This document shows, piece by piece, positions 1 to 14,195 of a stretch of 64,000 nucleotides of DNA. The stretch spans positions 29,264,001 to 29,328,000 of the forward strand of contig NC_135769.1 in NCBI RefSeq assembly GCF_052425735.1, in the 5' to 3' direction. The notes under the pieces are model-generated. The model had not been told where the DNA came from and searched no databases. It was given only the letters and a program-made list of their open reading frames with translations. This DNA comes from Oculina patagonica (Eukaryota). The first letter of the stretch is position 1; every line of letters starts with the position of its first letter. Position numbers and translations under genes: made by a program.

Positions 1-718
1 CTGCTCTGTTGGATGAACTCTGCTCGTAAATTGGAGTATTTTGTCTCCAGGCAATGCTGATTAAAAGAGCGTTTTTTTCAAGCAACTAAATTATTCTGAA
101 CAGCTGTCTGACATCTTTAAATTAGTAATACGGCGCTGGCAGGACCTCGCAAAGATCGGGGAGTAAATATTCCGTTTTAGGTGAGTTATTTGCAGTTTTG
201 TTTATTGGATGTTGGGGAATAGGGATGTTATTTAAACGAAAAACTGATTAAAGAGGGTGGGGGCGCACTGACTGGGTGCATGTAGTTTAAAGGTGAGGAA
301 GTTGTATTGATCAAAAATACACGGAAGAGTTAAGATAGACAGTTGCTGCTTCTATTTGCGCGTTCTTAAGCTTCAATAGAAAAACTTTCTTTGATTGTAA
401 AACCTAGGCTCAGCATGAAATTATTTTGAATTTTGGTTAGGTGCTAAATGACTGTAAAGAATGCAGCCTTACACCAAATGCGTCATAGAACAACACAACA
501 AAGTCAAAGTTGTAAATGCTAAAACAGCGCTAACTTCTTGGCTTTTACAGAACATTCCGTTTCGTGAAAGAGCAATTTGTTCATTTCTCTCAATCTTTTG
601 GTTTCTATGAATAAAATTAACATGCGTTGAAGATGTTTTAAAATGAAATTCGCTTCGAGTAGCTTTCAATATCGCACCTAATTGATATGCAAGATTTTTA
701 TTTTGACTCGAACATTCG

Positions 719-1669
719 CATCCTCGGAGACCCAGGGGCAGTTAGTGGGGCAAGGGAAACGCGAAAAAGCGGGTAAAAAATAGTGCGAAACTGCCAGTTA
801 CATAAATCAGCATATAAAAGTTCTATTGACTGAAAGTGCCCCTGGGGAAAGATTCTTACCAGACCAGTTCAAAAAGCTCTCTGAATACTGCCTCGTGATT
901 GGGCAGAAAAATCTTTTGTTTTCCCTTTGTATTATTCTGCCCAATCGGCGAACAGCTTGACTGCGGTCCTTTTGTTGTGTTCTCATGCAAACGAAGTATG
1001 TACATAAAGCCAGTTCGCTCGCTATATCTGTCTTGCTTTTTAGCGGAGAATTTGCTCGGGAAGGAAAAGTTTCGGCTAGTGCCTCCCCTGGTCGAAAACG
1101 TCGAAAGTTTGACGGCCATGCTCGCGGAGAAACGGCGGATTCTTCAGATTGTGGTCGATCGCAGGAATCGTAACACTTGAATGCTGCTTGCGAGCTATTA
1201 AAGTTTGTGTGCGATATGCAGCTTGTTGCACTGCTATAAAAATGGATGTTTTTCAGATCTTTTACGGAAAGATTGATGACAGTTTGAGGCGAAACTTTTC
1301 CAAACAAGAGTATATTTTTCACGAACAAACCAGGCAGATGTGTCAAGCGGCCGATCGCGACTAGCTACGCGTGCAAAGCGTGCAGCAGCGATTCTAGCAC
1401 TGGCTTTTGTGTACAAAAGGACCGAAGTAAAGCTGTTCGCCGATTGGGCAGAATAATACAAAGGGAAAACAAAATATTTTTCTGCCCAATCACGAGGCAG
1501 TATTCAGAGAGCTTTTTGAACTGGTCTGGTAAGAATCTTTCCCCAGGGGCACTTTCAGTCAATAGAACTTTTATATGCTGATTTATGTAACTGGCTGTTT
1601 CGCGCTATTTTTTACCCGCTTTTTCGCGTTTCTCTTGCCCCACAAACTGCCCCTGGGTCTCCGAGGATG
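719..1669. mobile_element. Non-autonomous foldback DNA transposon (MITE) with ~250 bp TIRs, Mutator-like 9-bp TSD
   Basis: Begins CATCCTCGGAGACCCAGGGGC and ends GCCCCTGGGTCTCCGAGGATG. Arms ~719-975 and ~1413-1669 are inverted copies. Flanked by GAACATTCG at 710-718 and 1670-1678. Confidence 0.85.
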
Positions 1670-3756
1670 GAACATTCGCAGTTAACGTTCCTTTGAGAAA
1701 CCGGTAGGAATCGCAAACCATTCTTATTTTTCGAAATAAAAAAAAAAAAAACATTCTTATCACTACAAAATACATGTATACAAATAAGATAAAACAAGTA
1801 AAATGCAATGCTAGCATTACGCAAAGGACACTTTTAGTAGGCCAATATTTATTTTGTCTAGTTCTACTAGACTTTTTCAGGGCCAGTGCTATTATGGAAG
1901 ATAAAAAAATAAACAACAATTCAAATTATAACGTAAACAAAAGTAGTAATAGTTAACTAGTGTACATGACAAAAATCATGTAACAATATAATGTATATAC
2001 GATAATTAAAATACATGAAAAATACTCGAATGATACACAAAAGATATAAAAGATACAATCTAAAAATGACATATAAAAAACGGCTAAAGGTAAAGTACAA
2101 TATAGGAATTAATTAATTCTCTAAGGAAGTTTGATTATTGATTGTTTCGTTGCTTTTAACCAGCAGAAGATTCTCTGTCTGTTGTGCCTCTTTCAATTAA
2201 GCAAATATTTAATCACCATATACAGTACGCAATGACACTTTTAATACTTATTCAAAATCGCGAAACACTTAATATATATTCTACTATACTCTGTCACCAC
2301 TTTTCTTTGCGTTAATATTCAAAACTTCAACAGCCGTGTTTTCTTGACAATGGCGCCAAGATGTCTTTGAATCATCGTATTGTAATTTCGCTAATTTTTC
2401 ATTATTAATTTGTATCACAAAATATTTTGTTACCAGCTCGAAAAAATCGGTCATTGAAGTGATTCCAATAACGGAAATTCAGGAAAAACAGTAGTTAAGA
2501 AAAGAGTATAGTTGCTATATATCGACGCTAAATTTATTCAAATACTGATATTTCAGCTAATGGAAGAGAACCATATGGTCCAAGTAATATGAAATAGGTA
2601 GGCATTTCTAATAACTTCCAGTATAAACCTTAATGAAAACTGACTTCAAAATTTGTTGAAGAAATGTATGAATTTGTTTTTATGCGTTTTTGAAGAAAGA
2701 TGTGAAATTGATTTCTGTTTTCTTTTTTTTTTTTTTTCGTTCAATATTCTGAATTCTGTATTTGTATTTAAATTCGAATCTACAACTGTCATACTACCTA
2801 ATGGTGCCAAGATGGCTTTGAAACGTTAAAGTTTTATTTCGCCATTTTTTATTATAAAACTTATTTTAAATTTTGCCTTCAGTTTTTCAAGGTAAGGATC
2901 AAAGGTTTCCTTTATTACCATGCTTGCTTTTTGATGCGAAAAGATCAAAGATCCTACGGAACTAGTTTAAAACTAAAAAATTAACATAATGGTCGGTGTT
3001 CCTTTTAATGGTTTATAATCTTTTACGATCGCGTCGCGTTTGAAAACGTTCTGTTTTTAAAATCCGTAGAACCTTTGATTCGCTCATACAACAAAACATT
3101 TTAGAATTAAGATGCTTGAAAAAATTAAAACGCTGAGTTTTGTGTCAGAAACAAACTATCAAGTATGCGTTTTTTAAACAATTCTGTACACAGATCTGCT
3201 TTTCAGCTGTATCCGGATGAGAACGCTGTCAGCTCGAGCAATATCTTCTTATTGGGCTGGTCTACAATCTTGAAAATCCCAGCAAAGTCCATGAAAAGGA
3301 GAAGGTGAATTATTATTATTTTTAATGGGGATTTATCTTATCTTTTTCTTATCTTATCCATCGTATGTGGTTGGAAAAGGAATGGAAATCTGCTTTTTGC
3401 CAAGTCGTTACTGGGTTATAGTTATTTAATTCAACTTGTATTCACTGTGTATTGTTTAGGAAGGCTTAAACCTTCAAAATCTCCAAACTTTACCAGATGT
3501 GAGAAAAACAATTATAGGTTTGATCCGTTATGGTTTGTTTTAACTGATATTTCAAGCTCAAAATGACCGACTATTTTTTTTTTAAACAAAATGTTATCAA
3601 GCAAGCAGTTCGTCGTTCCCAAAGACAGGTGGTTACTAACTATTAGTTTATTTTAAATAAAAAATATTGTTCCTTTCTATTAATACATTGCACTCAAATA
3701 GCGAATGCTAAATATCGATTAGCGATTTCCGCGTCGCATGCATCTTAAATCCCTTA

Positions 3757-4545
3757 AGGTGGATTTCCACTGTCGCGTAAAACGCGCATTAAAGAACGTA
3801 CGTTGACAAATTTCCACTGTCGCGTAAAAAAGTAATAAAAAGCAGTTCTCTTTTACGTGCGTTGAACAAACGTAAATGCCCGTCATCCTGATTTTTGGCG
3901 CCAAAAAGCAAAGAGAACGCGGGTAATTCGATTGCCTGCCGCCAAAGTAATGGCACCCGCTGTAGATAAGCGTTTCCTTATCCTTTTTTAACTCGGCAAA
4001 GACATAATAGACTCGTAAGAGAAGACAGAAATACCGCAAGAGATATTGGGTAAGACCGTTAAACCGTTATCAAGCGGGTGAAAACCACATCCTAGTAAAC
4101 GTTTTCTTTCATTACTGCGTTCTTGTAATTTGGGTCTGTTTTCAGTTCCATATTGCTTGAAGTTGAAGTTCATCGGTGCTTCTACATTTGAATATTTTCC
4201 GATGTTTACATCGACAGCGATTTAAAACAAAATGGCGTCTACATGGTAACTGGTGTCATGTGACAAAATTCAAAAGTATGATTGGTAAAACCGCTGCGTA
4301 ATTCGCCGACAGCCGCGAAAAAAGTTGAACTCAGCTCAACTTTTTCGAAAACCCTCACGATCGGTACGTGCGTATACGTGCGTGCAGCGTACGTTAATAC
4401 CAAGAAAAAGCGTGGCATTGGAAATTGGACAACGTAAAGTCAACGAACGTAACCGCGCGAGAAAAATTTCATTTTTACGTACGTTTATAATTGCCACGTA
4501 TGTTAACGTGCGTAAAAAAAAAATATTGGCTGTGGAAATCCACCT
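3757..4545. mobile_element. PIF/Harbinger-type MITE
   Basis: TIR AGGTGGATTTCCAC / GTGGAAATCCACCT with TTA on both flanks (3754-3756, 4546-4548). Confidence 0.75.
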
Positions 4546-5274
4546 TTATTATTTTACAACGTGTGATTAGCTGTTATCAACTCTTTAAGGCCGTTTAAAG
4601 GCCTCACGCATCCTAATGTTGTTTTATATCCAGGTCACGGAACAAACCTTGACACCCTCCAAACATGTCTGAATCAGCTGATGTTGCCATAACAACGGTA
4701 CTCTCCTTCCTCGTCATTGTGGATATCGTGGGAAACTCTCTCGTTTGTTCGATCATAAAGAGAAATCGAGACATGAGGTATGCTGAGACTTAATTAACAA
4801 TAGTTTATTGTTTATTTGTATTCAGTTTTTTAAATGCACAACAGCAAATTAAACATAATAACCTTATTACTTTTTTTGAGGTGAGACCAAAATGGTTGTT
4901 ATAAATGACTAATAACCTTCATATCTTGGCCTTAGTATCCTGGGTTTATAGGTTTTGGTCATATTTGTTCTAGTTGAGGTTGCCTTCAAATTCGGTAAGT
5001 CGCGTGACAAGAACACAAAAAATCTAAAAAATCACACAGTTTACATTTTTTCGTTTTTAATCAACATCACGGGTAGAATGCATTTAGAAGCAAAATATAT
5101 AGCATGGATTTGTTGAAATTTACATTATTTATGACGTCATTGATTTTTAAGTAACGTGAATTTTTACAAATCCATGCTTCAGATTTTGCTTCTAAATGCA
5201 CTTTATCCGTGGTGTTCATATAAAAAGAGACAAATGTAAGCTGTGTGAGTTTTTAGGGTTTTTAGGGATCCAGT

Positions 5275-5830
5275 TAGGGCTTTCCACAAGTTGCTCGAGA
5301 TTTCCCAAAAAGTTGCCCGTAATTTCTCAAAAAGTTCTCAAAAGTTGCTCCAAAACTCCAAAAAAGTTGCTTCTGATATGAAAAGTTGCTCCAAAAAATC
5401 CAAAACGCTGCTTCTAATCAAGAGAATTTCGTAAAATATATGCTAATTTCTCTTTGAGGGTTAGATTTCTAAGCAGTTTTATGCAAGTTTACAGCACAAG
5501 AAGTATCTAAATAACATATCAAGGGGAAAATTTGAGAAATGATCACGTCATGTTTGCTGAGGATTTTTTGTAATGTTTTAATGCAGAATGAGCCGAAAGT
5601 TGAAACGTCTTCAAGCGTTTCTAGAAATTCTTCGCCAAACTTCGTAAATCTTCGGAAACGTTCGTATGGTCCTTAAACATCATTCGGATAATCTTCGGAG
5701 ATCTTCGGTCTGGAAATTGCTCAAAATGCAACAAGTTGCTCGAGTGGAAAAAAGTTGCTCGAAGGGAAAAAAGTTGCTCGAAACATGAAAAGTTGCCAAA
5801 AAGTTGCCGAGCAACTTGTGGAAAGCCCTA
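5275..5830. mobile_element. hAT-type MITE in intron 1 of copy 1
   Basis: 23-bp TIR TAGGGCTTTCCACAAGTTGCTCG, 8-bp TSD GATCCAGT (5267-5274, 5831-5838), subterminal AAAGTTGCTC repeats. Confidence 0.9.
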
Positions 5831-7514
5831 GATCCAGTGCACGCGCGAAGGGAGCTCAAGATATGACGGTTAAAAGTTATCCGTAGTAGCCATTATGTTG
5901 TTTAGGGATCCCCTATTCAAAAAACATAATAACACTTATTACAAAAATTTGGGTAGAAGAAGAAAAACAAAATATTATTAACAAAACAAAAAAACTACTG
6001 ATGACAATAGATATATGAAAAGAAAGAAAAGGCGACTTCTCTGCCTAAAACTTATTTTGTTTAATTAATTACCCTGATTACTACGTATACTCGGATACTT
6101 ACACTTTAGTGAACACTACTCACATTACTTGTAAGGCTTGCGGTGCCACAATTTCACTACACACCTTAAAATGCATGCTTTGCAATACTTACACTGCAGA
6201 ATAATTTCATTATTTGGGTGCATTTTTCGCCATTTTTGGACATTTTTTTTATTTTCCAAGGGGTAGTCTGTTCCCGAGGGTGACGCCAAGGAGCATAATA
6301 TTGATGTTTTGGAGCACAATTTGCCAACCCCTGCCCTCTATTTAATCCAAACTGCTAGTGGTGTTTCTAATATCAACGTTTCTTGCACATGTGCATGAGC
6401 ACCGTGCGTCTGTCCGTTTCTGTCATTTTAACTAAATAAATTCTTTTCAATATTCAAAGGATTCCTATAAATTATCTACTTGTGAACCTGGCTGTAGCGG
6501 ATATCCTGTACGCCACGTTTATAGCTCCAAGGATTTTCTACAAACTTCCTTTCTCCCACCCAGACGGCGTGATTGGTCCAGTTTTATGCAAATTTCTGAC
6601 AGATGGAAATGTCGCTTGGATTGGATCAGCTTCTTCGTTTGTGACTCTGGTTGCAATCGCCATTGAACGATATTATGCAGTAATGTATCCTCTTAGTAAC
6701 AAAGGGACGCTTACTCAACGTAAACTGAAGGTATTTCGTACGACAAACTAATAAATACATTTTTTATTCTAAAAAAAATAATTTAATCCGCTTGCTAATG
6801 ATTACAGCGTAATTGAACGTTCAGTCGTTTTGCAGCGTGCACTGATTTTAATTCTTATTTTCTTTAAAAAAAATATATATTAGGAGGTTTCTCACAGCTC
6901 AATGTACGTAGTAACAAATTTGCTTCAAGAATAAGAGTTCCAATAAGAAAAAAAAACTCATTTAACGTCATTACCAACAACAATTGTGTCATATTGTAGG
7001 GCTATCTACTCAATGAAATATAATTTTGCTGTGTCTTAACAGAACGAAAATCTCTGGGGTCCATCAGTCTACCTCTTAGATCACTGTAGGGTAATTGGTA
7101 GTTTGTACGTCTGAGGCTAGAAATATGCACTAATGGAATAAATATATGTTAACAGGTTTACAATTTACAATTTCAGGTAGTTATTGCAGCTAGCTGGGTC
7201 TTCGCTTTAATACTCAATCTCCCGCTGTTCCTTGTCAGGGACACGGTGAAGAAAAAAGAAGAGCGGCAACTCCTGCGTGACTGCCTGGCCTGAGAAGTGG
7301 ATGAGTGAGGCGTATACCATGACATGGTCGGTCGTGGTACTTCTTCTCTTGGTGCTGATGGCAGCAGTGTATTCCAGAGTCGCGTATACTTTGTGGTTCA
7401 AACAAAATGAAGACAATCAGCTCACCCACCAGCAAAACGTAAGTGGAACATGTAATATCAATCAAGAACAAGAGAGGAAACGAGGAGAAAGTTTCCCTTC
7501 TCGTCCTATCGAGT

Positions 7515-7810
7515 NNNNNNNNNNNNNNNNNNNNNNNNNNNNNNNNNNNNNNNNNNNNNNNNNNNNNNNNNNNNNNNNNNNNNNNNNNNNNNNNNNNNNN
7601 NNNNNNNNNNNNNNNNNNNNNNNNNNNNNNNNNNNNNNNNNNNNNNNNNNNNNNNNNNNNNNNNNNNNNNNNNNNNNNNNNNNNNNNNNNNNNNNNNNNN
7701 NNNNNNNNNNNNNNNNNNNNNNNNNNNNNNNNNNNNNNNNNNNNNNNNNNNNNNNNNNNNNNNNNNNNNNNNNNNNNNNNNNNNNNNNNNNNNNNNNNNN
7801 NNNNNNNNNN
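7515..7810. other. Assembly gap
   Basis: Run of N in intron 3 of copy 1. Confidence 1.
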
Positions 7811-8778
7811 TAAATGAGAATATTTATAGGGTCTTTGTCTAAACTGTTCTGAAATAAGTGGTAGGCAACTTAACCCGTGAAAATCATTGTCTTTTAACAT
7901 TTAAAAGAAGGTATAAACTTTATTTGGGGATAGAAATCAAACTTCTGCTATAAATATCAATTTCATTGAGGGCACTCGGAAACAACTTGAAAACGTTGGA
8001 TAACGTTTTCAAATTGCAATCCATTTCCATCTGAGCCATCCGCAGACAAACGCGCTTTTAAACAACTATAGTGCTCTAAACAGCAATTGTTAATTAAAAT
8101 GGACCCTTTTTAGGTATTCTACGGTACAAATATAAATGTGTGCTGTTCAAAAATCTCGGTTAAAATTTGTGACATGGTTCCTTAAAAAATATACATCTGT
8201 GAGTTGTTCAACAGTTCATTCTAAAATAGCTTAGGAAATGCAAATTTTGCTTGATGTTAATCAGAATTTGCATCTTTCTGCACACAGCTAGGGGTTATGA
8301 GGGTGCGCAAGCGAGTTACCTTGATGGTCGTAGCTGTAACTGCCATATTTGGAATCTGTTGGGGCACGAATTCAGTTGTGTACGTCTTGAATGTTGCTAA
8401 ATCCTACAACATTGGGCCCGCCCTACTCGCCATTGTTGATACAATGGTATTGTTTAATTCTTCTGTCAACCCGTTTGTATACGCTCTGTTGAACCAGCAA
8501 TTCAGGAAGAGGATGAAAAGGTTGTTATGCTGTACTGATCCATCTGCACCAAGAGTTCATCCTACGCGGGAACCTCTGAGTCAGGACATCGAGTTTGACA
8601 GCAAGCAGCAAGTGCGCACCCACCCGACCCACACAGAAGGACAATGACTAAGACGTGATGGGTTATTGTCGTTTTAAAGTTACGAACCAATTTTACAATG
8701 TAACGAATGATAAGCTTTGGAGAGTATCACTTGCTTTACGGGAACAGAAAATCACTCGTCACTGAAAACAGCTATTAA

Positions 8779-9221
8779 GGTCATTACCCTGAAATAGAAC
8801 TGAACATAGATATTTAACCAAACTTTGCCCACTGTTTTTTTACTTTAAGGGAACTTAAATTTTGAAATAAAAAAGGGGGGGTCACCAGATTTGTTTAGAT
8901 GCAGGAAGACCTTGTATATTCCATATAATTCCTTTATAATTCCTCTGGGAATACTAGCAAAGTACACGTTTTTATCGATTATTTAGTTTTCAAACACAAG
9001 AATTAATCTGTTTTCATTTTACAGAAAGAATTTGATCGCCATACCCAAAATATGAGAAAAAATTGATAGGTCACCAGACTCGTTTACGAGAAAGCAACAA
9101 TTTACTTCTCTCGCGGACTAAGCCGCATAGAAAAAAGCCGCCATTATGTTTATGTGCGCGCGCTAATTACGCGTAAAATTCTGCGCAGTAAGGATGCGCA
9201 ATGCAATACAGGGCAATGACC
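8779..9221. mobile_element. TTAA-flanked MITE (Kolobok-like GG..CC termini)
   Basis: TIR GGTCATTACCCTG / CAGGGCAATGACC with TTAA at 8775-8778 and 9222-9225. Confidence 0.7.
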
Positions 9222-9802
9222 TTAAAGTGCGGTAGCTTATTTTTGATTTTCACAAACGTTTATCTCAACAAGTATATAACACTTATTCAATTTGAGATAC
9301 AAAGCGTAATTCGTTTGAAGATTTCTAACTTAATTGGAATCCTAGATTCATTTTCATAACATGCCATTACTCAAATATATTGAAATAAAATACTTCAAAT
9401 ATAGTAACCGATAATAGTTCATTATAATAGTATCACGACCTGAAGTACACGTCATCTTCCCAAAGCCATCAAATGAGAATGAGCTTAAAAGACTACCAAA
9501 GATGTCCGAAGATTACCGAAGATTTTCGAAAGGGAAATCCGAAAATTATCTCTAAGATCATAATTGATTTTATCCGACTTTTCAAAAGCAGATAAGAATT
9601 TACAATGCTAAAATTTTTCACGAAAAAAACCTCCAAACACTTAACAGTATTTTCTCCGATAAAAGTAAACATTAAATAATTGGCCAATGTAACAGCAAAC
9701 ACTAAAAATTATGGGAAAATAACATTAAACACTAATAATATAATTTAAGCGACTTTTACATGTAACGTTTGTTATGTATTTTAATAAGCGCAATAAAGAC
9801 AT

Positions 9803-9803
9803 T

Positions 9804-9858
<55 letters not shown>
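9803..9858. repeat. (TTTA)n microsatellite
   Basis: Perfect tetranucleotide run. Confidence 0.95.
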
Positions 9859-9944
9859 CTAAACCCCATTCAGTCCTCCTCTTAAAAAACCATCGTGGTT
9901 GGTTTCGAAAGCTAGTCAAACACTATACTCTAATATGGTTTATT

Positions 9945-10970
9945 ATATTACTAGCTCCGTGAGCGGTCAAGATGAAACGAATCCCGTGTTCTGATTGGCT
10001 ACCCGAGCAGTCAAGCTGCAGCCATCTTGACCGCTCGGGATCGCCCGCTGTGTTCCCGCAAGCGAAAAACTTTTCAGTTCCGTCGACGCTACTACAAAAA
10101 GCCTTTCCGTCGTAAACTTGAGCTATGAAACCATTTTCCGAAACAACACAAATATTCTCTGCCGGTTTCTAGCGAAAGAGAGTCCGATTACAATAAAACA
10201 AAAAACAAAGGTCTTGAAGCGAACGAGAACAAAATCAAACAACAAATGTTAACGAGTTTCGTGAATTTTATTTGCCACAACAACCAGCTATAAATACAAA
10301 AATTAAAACGCAAAGCGACTTGAAGATATGATATCGGTTTTGTTCGGCGGAAAAGGGAGAGAAGTCAGTGACATACCTGAAGAATAAAGAATTCGGCAAA
10401 CTTGTCGTTTTCGAGTGTAAATCTTGATGGAGAAAGCGAACGGCAAGACGGACCAGGCACTGTAAGCTTTTAAAACATCTTTTCACCAAAGCCTCTAACG
10501 CCCACGTCGAATAAGGTCGGGTCGAACATTTAAATCAATGATGTAGGAAAGTTCAAGCGTTTCCCGTGAATTTATAAGTCTCAAACGATTTCAATATTCA
10601 GCTCGTGTCACCGTGACGGCAGGTTTGTACCACAAAAGCACCAGAAGCGAGCAAATACTCTGCAAAACGTCTAATAGTTAAACGCTGGCGGCCAGATGGA
10701 ATGGACATGCTTGTTTTAAGGCTTCAAACTCAACCTTGATTGGCAATTTTTAGCCATTTCAATACCCTTTTGAGGGTTAAAAAGAGGTGAATTTCGCTGT
10801 TGTCGCGTCGTTTTACTTTGTATCGTTTCATTCAAGAATTTGACAGTCACTCATTAAACTTTTAAACCAATGAAATGATTTTAGCGTGCGCCATTGAATG
10901 TGCATGCAACTGGCTTCCTTTTCAGTACTCGAAAAAAGTCATCCTTTATTGACCAAGCTTGGTCGGTTTC
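9945..10970 (+). mobile_element. Decayed Crypton/DUF3504-like element
   Basis: Left end has direct and inverted GAGCGGTCAAGATG motifs. 10278-10460 reads, with stops and frameshifts, NTKIKTQSDLKI*YRFC..REVSDIPEE..RKANG, resembling the N-terminal part of KIAA1958/DUF3504 Crypton proteins. Ends approximate. Confidence 0.45.
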
Positions 10971-10984
10971 TGAAAACGTAAATA

Positions 10985-11440
10985 CCGTATTCATTAGGTT
11001 AAGCGTCCAAGGCGCTTTTTAAATTTATGGACCTTTAGAGTGGGCGCTTATTCGAGGGGGGGGGGGGGGGGGCGCTCATTGGAGGCTGGGCGCTTATTAA
11101 ATTTTCACCATTTCAACAAGTAGTAGGTTTATTTTGCAACGAACCATTGAATAATAACAAGACTTGAAGATGTACTAAAGCAGAATTTAAACTGTTCATT
11201 GAAAGTTTCTGTAAAATACGAAGAAACCTCGGTCTTCTGAAAAGCCTTTTTAGTAGTACTTAGTTGACAACATTCAACCCAATTGTCACTAAATAAGGTC
11301 AATACTCTTCTTGTACATTTCAGGTTTTTTGGAGGATTGAGGCGGGGTGGGCGCTTATTCGAGGCTTGGCGCTTATTAACTTTTACTGCCGATAGATTGT
11401 GCGCTTATTCGAAGTTGGGCGCTTAATCGAATAAATGCGG
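10985..11440. mobile_element. Tc1/mariner-type (TA TSD) MITE
   Basis: TA|CCGTATTCATTAGGTTAAGCG ... CGCTTAATCGAATAAATGCGG|TA imperfect TIR; internal GGGCGCTTATT repeats. Confidence 0.7.
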
Positions 11441-13510
11441 TATCCTGGATGTCAACAAGCTTACTTTTACAAGACAAGCTATACTGTTATACGTTTTTAT
11501 CTGCACGCTGCTTGCAAACTCATCATTAAATAAATGCTTGCTTATTTTCGAAGTTCAGTGTTCTGTAAGAAGTCAGTATATGGAAAGTTGGATGCCAGAG
11601 GGCTTATATCGATGAATTATTGTTTACTTAGCGGGCAGATGGGTCTTTAAGCGGGGGAAAAGGGGGCTGGGGGTGGGTCTTATTATCTTTCTACAGAATA
11701 CAAAGGAAATGTACATCAACAATAACAACAACAAAACGTTCTCTACCTTAATTTGAAGCACACTTTATATATTCATCGTTGAGTTCTTAAAAACTTCCCC
11801 TTATTGTACTAGGATGTACCTCATTGCTTTGATATGTTTGTCTCCATTATCTGGGTTCCAGGCTTTCTCGTGTCCACATGTTTTTGAGTCATCAAGAGAT
11901 CCACCACATCTAACACATTTTTTGGACTGAAAGGGCACCCCCTTCAGTACGGAGACCTATGTAATTGGCGGGTTCTCGCTAAAGCTATTTCGAACAAACA
12001 TTTACAATTCTGCTAAAATCCGACCAAGATTATAGTACGTCATGTAAATGTTGTCAATTCCCCATCTCCACATCCAAAACGTTCTTATGTGACAAAAAAA
12101 CGGAAGTTGGTGTTAGGCCAAATAATTAAACTGTGGGATACCAAACAATGGGTAGCTCGAGTGTTCTACCAGCTAATAATATATAAATTTCGGGGATTTT
12201 TACAATTTTTGCTGCCAAACATGCAGCAAAATATTAAAAGTACGGTTGCCAAATCCACCGCCACCCCCATCTTTATTCAACGCGGCTTGTACACTGTATT
12301 TATGATTTCATACTGTGTAATGACCTGCTGACATGTGATTCTCTAAAATATGCTAATAAAGATTTTGCCCCTAAGCCTGATACGAAACACTGTTGTACAA
12401 AAAGTGCTTATTGAGTTAAAAGAAAATACTACATTGCTGCATAACTCTGCATATGCTAATGCAATATGATACAGGTGGTATATTGTTTGATTTTTGCATA
12501 AGACTTATAACGTTTTATAAAGGAATAAGCATTTTTATTTTTTAATGTCCACGTTAATATTTTATTACTGCGATTGGTTCTGTTTAATTTGATTTCGAAG
12601 TGTAAAAAAAAGCCTTGAGAATCGCCACATATCACAAGATAACAATCTGGATCTGTTTTTGTTTTGTGTACACTGACGGTCTACGCCAACAAGCAACGTT
12701 TTTCCCTCGATATTTGGAGAAAATCGTCAAAATTTAAATGCCTGTTCTATTTTAATCAATTTGATTCCATACGTGAGTATATGGTGATATTGAAAGTGCT
12801 TGGTGATTATTAATTGTCAAATCTTCACACATCAGTGCTTTGTTTTTAACCAGGTCACGGAACTAACATTGGCACGCTTACATTATGCCTGAATCAGCCG
12901 CAACTATTGCTATAACGACGGTTCTTGCCATACTCGTCATTTTCGATATCGTGGGGAACTCACTTGTTTGTGCAATCATAAAAAGAAATCGTGATATGAG
13001 GTATGAAGAGACTGAAAAACAAAGACACTAATAATGTTTCAAGCTATAACTTTTCGTAAGGATTTGAGACGGAATCCGCCAGGACTTCGAGTGTTACTAT
13101 TTGGACAAAATTATGAACCAAAAATATTTACATCGTATTACAAACTTCAGTGTTGCTGTTTCAAATATCTTTTCAACAAAATCGTTTCTAACAACACAAA
13201 ACATCAAGACAAATTTTGGATTCAACTAAATTCCATTGAATTGCTTAAAATAACGATTTAACAAAATAGCTACATGTTATATTTTACCTAAAATCAGTTT
13301 ACATGGCTCTTGTGAACTTAAGATTTCGTATTTTCAGTCTCTGATAAGAAATTTTTGTTAGTATTATCACAGATAATTACTTATATCTTTGAAAACGGTA
13401 AAAAATAATGCAAAATGATATGATATTTTTTCTCTATTGAAATAAACATTTATTAAAGAAAAATGCAAAATGATTTTAATTATTCTAGTGCTCTATTTAT
13501 GTCAAATTAA

Positions 13511-13832
13511 AATTAATATTACTCGATTTCCTGATGAAATCCGTCTTCAAATTTCCTTGGAGAATTAACTTCTGTATTAATCATAAGTTTTGCATTGCAA
13601 TATCACAGGACTCCCATAAATTATCTTCTTGTGAACCTGGCTATAGCTGATTTAATGTTCGCGACGTCCAACTTTAATTAATATTACTCGATTTCCTGAT
13701 GGATTCCGTCTTAAACATACCTTGGAAAATTAATTTCTGTTTTAATTATAAGTTTTGCATTACAATACCACAGGACTCCCATGAATTATCTACTTGTGAA
13801 CCTGGCTATAGCGGAAATAATGTTCGGGACGT
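13511..13832 (+). repeat. 165-bp tandem duplication spanning the intron 1/exon 2 acceptor of copy 2
   Basis: Unit AATTAATATTACTCG...GACGT starts at 13511 and 13676; acceptors at 13608 and 13773. Confidence 0.9.
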
Positions 13833-14129
13833 TTATCGCCATAAAGGTTGTTTTCAAGCTAAACAACGTTAACCACCCAGACGGGATGACTGGTACAGTT
13901 TTCTGCAAACTCCTAACAGATGGACATGTCGCGTAGATTGGAGCAGCTTCCTCGATAGTCACTCTGGTTGTAATTGCCATTGAACGATATTATGCAGTTA
14001 TATATCCTCTTGGAAAAAAATGGGAACTTACACACCGTAAACTGAAGGTGGGTCACTTGAAATAGAAACATTTCCCGCGTTGGTCTCGATTTTTCTAGAC
14101 AGTCAGCTGTTTTCTGTTAAAAATCAGAT

Positions 14130-14195
14130 AATCAAATATCGGGGTTTTGTAATTAAACCCAGAATCAAATCTCGGGGTTTTGTAATTAAACCCAG
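14130..14195. repeat. 33-bp tandem duplication
   Basis: AATCAAAT(A/C)TCGGGGTTTTGTAATTAAACCCAG x2. Confidence 0.9.

Larger units (their letters stand above)
4665..8647 (+). pseudogene. Class A GPCR paralogue copy 1 (frameshifted in exon 3, or assembly error)
   Basis: Exons 4665-4777, 6460-6730, 7177-7438, 8288-8647 with GT-AG introns. Motifs GN (TM1), NLAVAD, ERY, NPFVY. Exon 3 is 262 nt versus 258 in paralogues (extra bases in the A-run at ~7252-7257), giving an early TGA. Confidence 0.85.

Noticed and set aside
807-1919. Cluster of overlapping 60-180 aa ORFs
   Set aside because: They lie in or next to a palindromic MITE, mirror each other and show no protein motifs.
7235-7900. Long ORFs spanning the N run
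   Set aside because: Artefacts of translating the assembly gap.
8775-9225. piggyBac assignment from the TTAA flanks (also considered for 33512-34914)
   Set aside because: Termini are GG..CC rather than CC..GG; in the second case TTAA is part of the TIR.
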